A stretch of DNA of 64,000 bases from Cenococcum geophilum (taxonomy: Eukaryota): positions 6,882,001-6,946,000 of the forward strand of contig CP158635.1 in assembly GCA_050273025.1 (NCBI GenBank), written 5' to 3'. Under the pieces are notes generated by a model. That model worked only from the letters and a program-made list of their open reading frames with translations. It was not told where the DNA came from and did not search any database. A program made the translations under genes and the position numbers. Shown piece by piece: positions 61,943 to 64,000 of this stretch (position 1 is its first letter; each line of letters begins with the position of its first letter).

Positions 61943-62947
61943 TTCAGTGATTTATTTGGACTGGAGCCGATTTGGCGCGTTTGGCTGGAGCCGATTTTCA
62001 TTGGCGATGGATCTGGTGATTTGGTTGGTGGCGTGGTGTGGATGAGGCTTTGGAGCTCCTAGAGCGCCAGTTATATATCCAATTAGAAGAAGGTAGCTAT
62101 GGAGGAAGGATTAATAAGGTGTTAAAGCGTGGTATTAAGCCGATTAGTAGAGCTATATAATGACTTGGTTTTCTAAAATGCGAGCGTCGCCTATATAATC
62201 TATAAGGCCTACTTTCCTTTCTTAAGTATATAACTAACTAGGTGGTTTAACTATATATAAAAGGAGACGTGTATATAACTATGCCTTACCTTTCTTATAG
62301 AGCAAAAGGACCTTTAACTAGGACCTAGCAAACAATACTACTATAATTTGTTAGCATTTAAGACAATTATAATAACCTTAAGGTTATAGAAGGAGGGACC
62401 TAGGAAGAGCTAGTAGATACTTACTAAGACTTAAAAGCACCGCCCTATACGCCATTTAGATATACTAATCTTTACGGCGCAATCCTATATTGCTTCCCTA
62501 CTATAGTTAAGCTTATAGCTGCCAGCGCCTTATTTAATGCCCTTTTAGGTAAATAACAGTGGGATTCTTTAGCGGTAATTTAAGATTATAATCTTCTTCT
62601 TAATAGTAATAGAAACGAAGTTAGGAGATAGATATATTCCTACCGCCTTAGGGCTGTTAAGAACTATAAGAATGCGTTTTAGTTAATATATATACCTAAA
62701 ATAGAGCGCTTTAATAGCCGCTTATACTTCTACTGTGTTAATAATGGGATTAATCCTTTAACTATTACAGTAGATCTAAGTAGGGCGCCTCCTATTATTA
62801 TAGAAAGGCAGAGTTATATAGAGTTACCTAAAGAATTATAGGATAGAATTAAGTAAATAGAAAAATGTAAAAGAGCTATATTATCTAGGAGCCGTTAGTC
62901 TAATACCTTTTATGCTGCCTCGCTAGGCGGACAAGAGTAGTTTTATT

Positions 62948-63199
62948 CAGCGTGGTTTTCAATATCAATATTGCCAATTAGATTGATCAATATTGTTACT
63001 AATCAATATTAGCGAATATTGGCGAGTATTGGCAAGATTTGTAATATTTGCAGATCTTCTTAGCACCCCTTTAAAATTTTAACTTTAATATTGTACGGAT
63101 AAATTATTAAATATTATGGCTTCTAAAGCAGACTTATTACTTTTTAATATAGAGGAGTTATTTAACTGCTAGTAAAAAAAGACTTTTAACCTATAGATA
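62948..63199. mobile_element. Probable hAT terminal region, interrupted by the Helitron
   Basis: CAGCGTGGTTTTCAATA start followed by dense CAATATTG/TATTGGC subterminal repeats. Confidence 0.55.
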
Positions 63200-64000
63200 C
63201 TAGTTAGTAGGGATTTGCGAAGCAAATCCTATCCCTCCATTGTACTGCGTAGCCCCCCGCCCCGCGGGGGCTGCTTCGCAGCGGGTGGTAAGCTTTAGGC
63301 AGAGCCTTGTGTAGAGCTTTAGTAGAGCTTTGTGTAGAGGTTCGCGCAGAGCCTTATATAGAACCACGTGCGGCGTGCAGATGTTCGTACGGGCGTTTAT
63401 ATGGACGTTCGTATAGGCGTTCGTATATGCAATTAATTGATAAATCAATTAATTGTAGAGCCGTTTGTATAGACGATTATAGAGTCTTCCTAGTATATCA
63501 GTGCTGCGTGTTAGTAGAGCTTAGAGTGGAGTGTTGTGTAGAGCTTCGAGCAGAGCTTCGAGCAGAGCTTCAAGTGGAGCTTTAATAGGGCTTTGAGTAG
63601 AGCCTCGTGCAGAGCTTTGAGCAGAGCTTCGATAGAGCTTCGAGCAGAGCTTGGTTAGAGCTTTGAGTAGAGCTTTAATAGAGCTCTCTCTATATAGACC
63701 TTGTATTTAGGCTTGTTTTTAAAGGCCTTGTAAAGAGCTTTATATAGAGCTTTAAGCAGAGCTTTGTATAGGCGTTCGTGCAGGCGTTCGTGCAGACATT
63801 TATAGAGACGTTTGTAGAGACGTTTGTATAGACGATTATATAGGCGCTCGTACGGGGCGTTTATATAGGTAATTAATTAATCGATCGATTAATTGTATAG
63901 GCGTTCATACGGCCGATTGTAGAACCTTCCTAGTATATTAGTGCTGCGTGTTAGTAGAGCATTAGAGCTCTATATAGGGCTTTAAGCAGAGTTTGGAGTA
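63200..64000 (-). mobile_element. Helitron 3' end with internal tandem repeats (continues beyond the window)
   Basis: On the minus strand, hairpin GGATTTGC-TTC-GCAAATCC (63211-63229), 7 nt, then CTAG (63203-63200) followed by T. A 12-bp AGAGCTTCGAGC-type array and a 440-bp-period duplication lie further in. Confidence 0.75.

Noticed and set aside
63300..64000. Short repeat array superficially like CRISPR, or a repetitive protein (ELRAELRAEL)
   Set aside because: No unique spacers and a eukaryotic context; it is a minisatellite inside the Helitron.
1..64000. Starship or other giant mobile element
   Set aside because: No DUF3435 tyrosine-recombinase captain or element boundary recognised in this window.

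Overview
Filamentous-ascomycete genomic DNA (short GT..AG introns with CTRAY branch sites; RIP-type TpA enrichment). Coordinates and translations were worked out by eye; family names come from motif recognition, not database searches. Positions 1-20.3 kb are gene-bearing: a DUF1769 gene, a decayed Zn2Cys6/ARCA-like transcription factor, an OSM1-like fumarate reductase, a DUF2235 (Tle1-like) hydrolase, a C2H2 zinc-finger gene, a small S/T-rich membrane protein, an Asp f 4-like secreted protein and the 3' part of a probable HET-associated gene. This region also holds a truncated Tad1-like LINE inserted in a tiny fold-back element, and a long hairpin built from ankyrin-like coding repeats. Positions 20.3-64 kb are an AT-rich, RIP-mutated island of nested transposons whose target-site duplications (TSDs) are mostly still readable. 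A Copia element (20336-45257) contains a gag-only Copia with a hAT inside it, a solo LTR, and a chromovirus that holds a second chromovirus with its own solo LTR. Further right are a hAT holding a third chromovirus, Tc1, pogo, MITEs, a LINE, more solo LTRs, a HET-6-like 3' remnant, a hAT end and a Helitron 3' end. The most notable observations are the two outward-facing HET-type 3' remnants that bracket the island, an LTR-donated in-frame ATG for one of them, and the ankyrin-like fold-back hairpin. No clearly new multi-gene system can be established from sequence alone.
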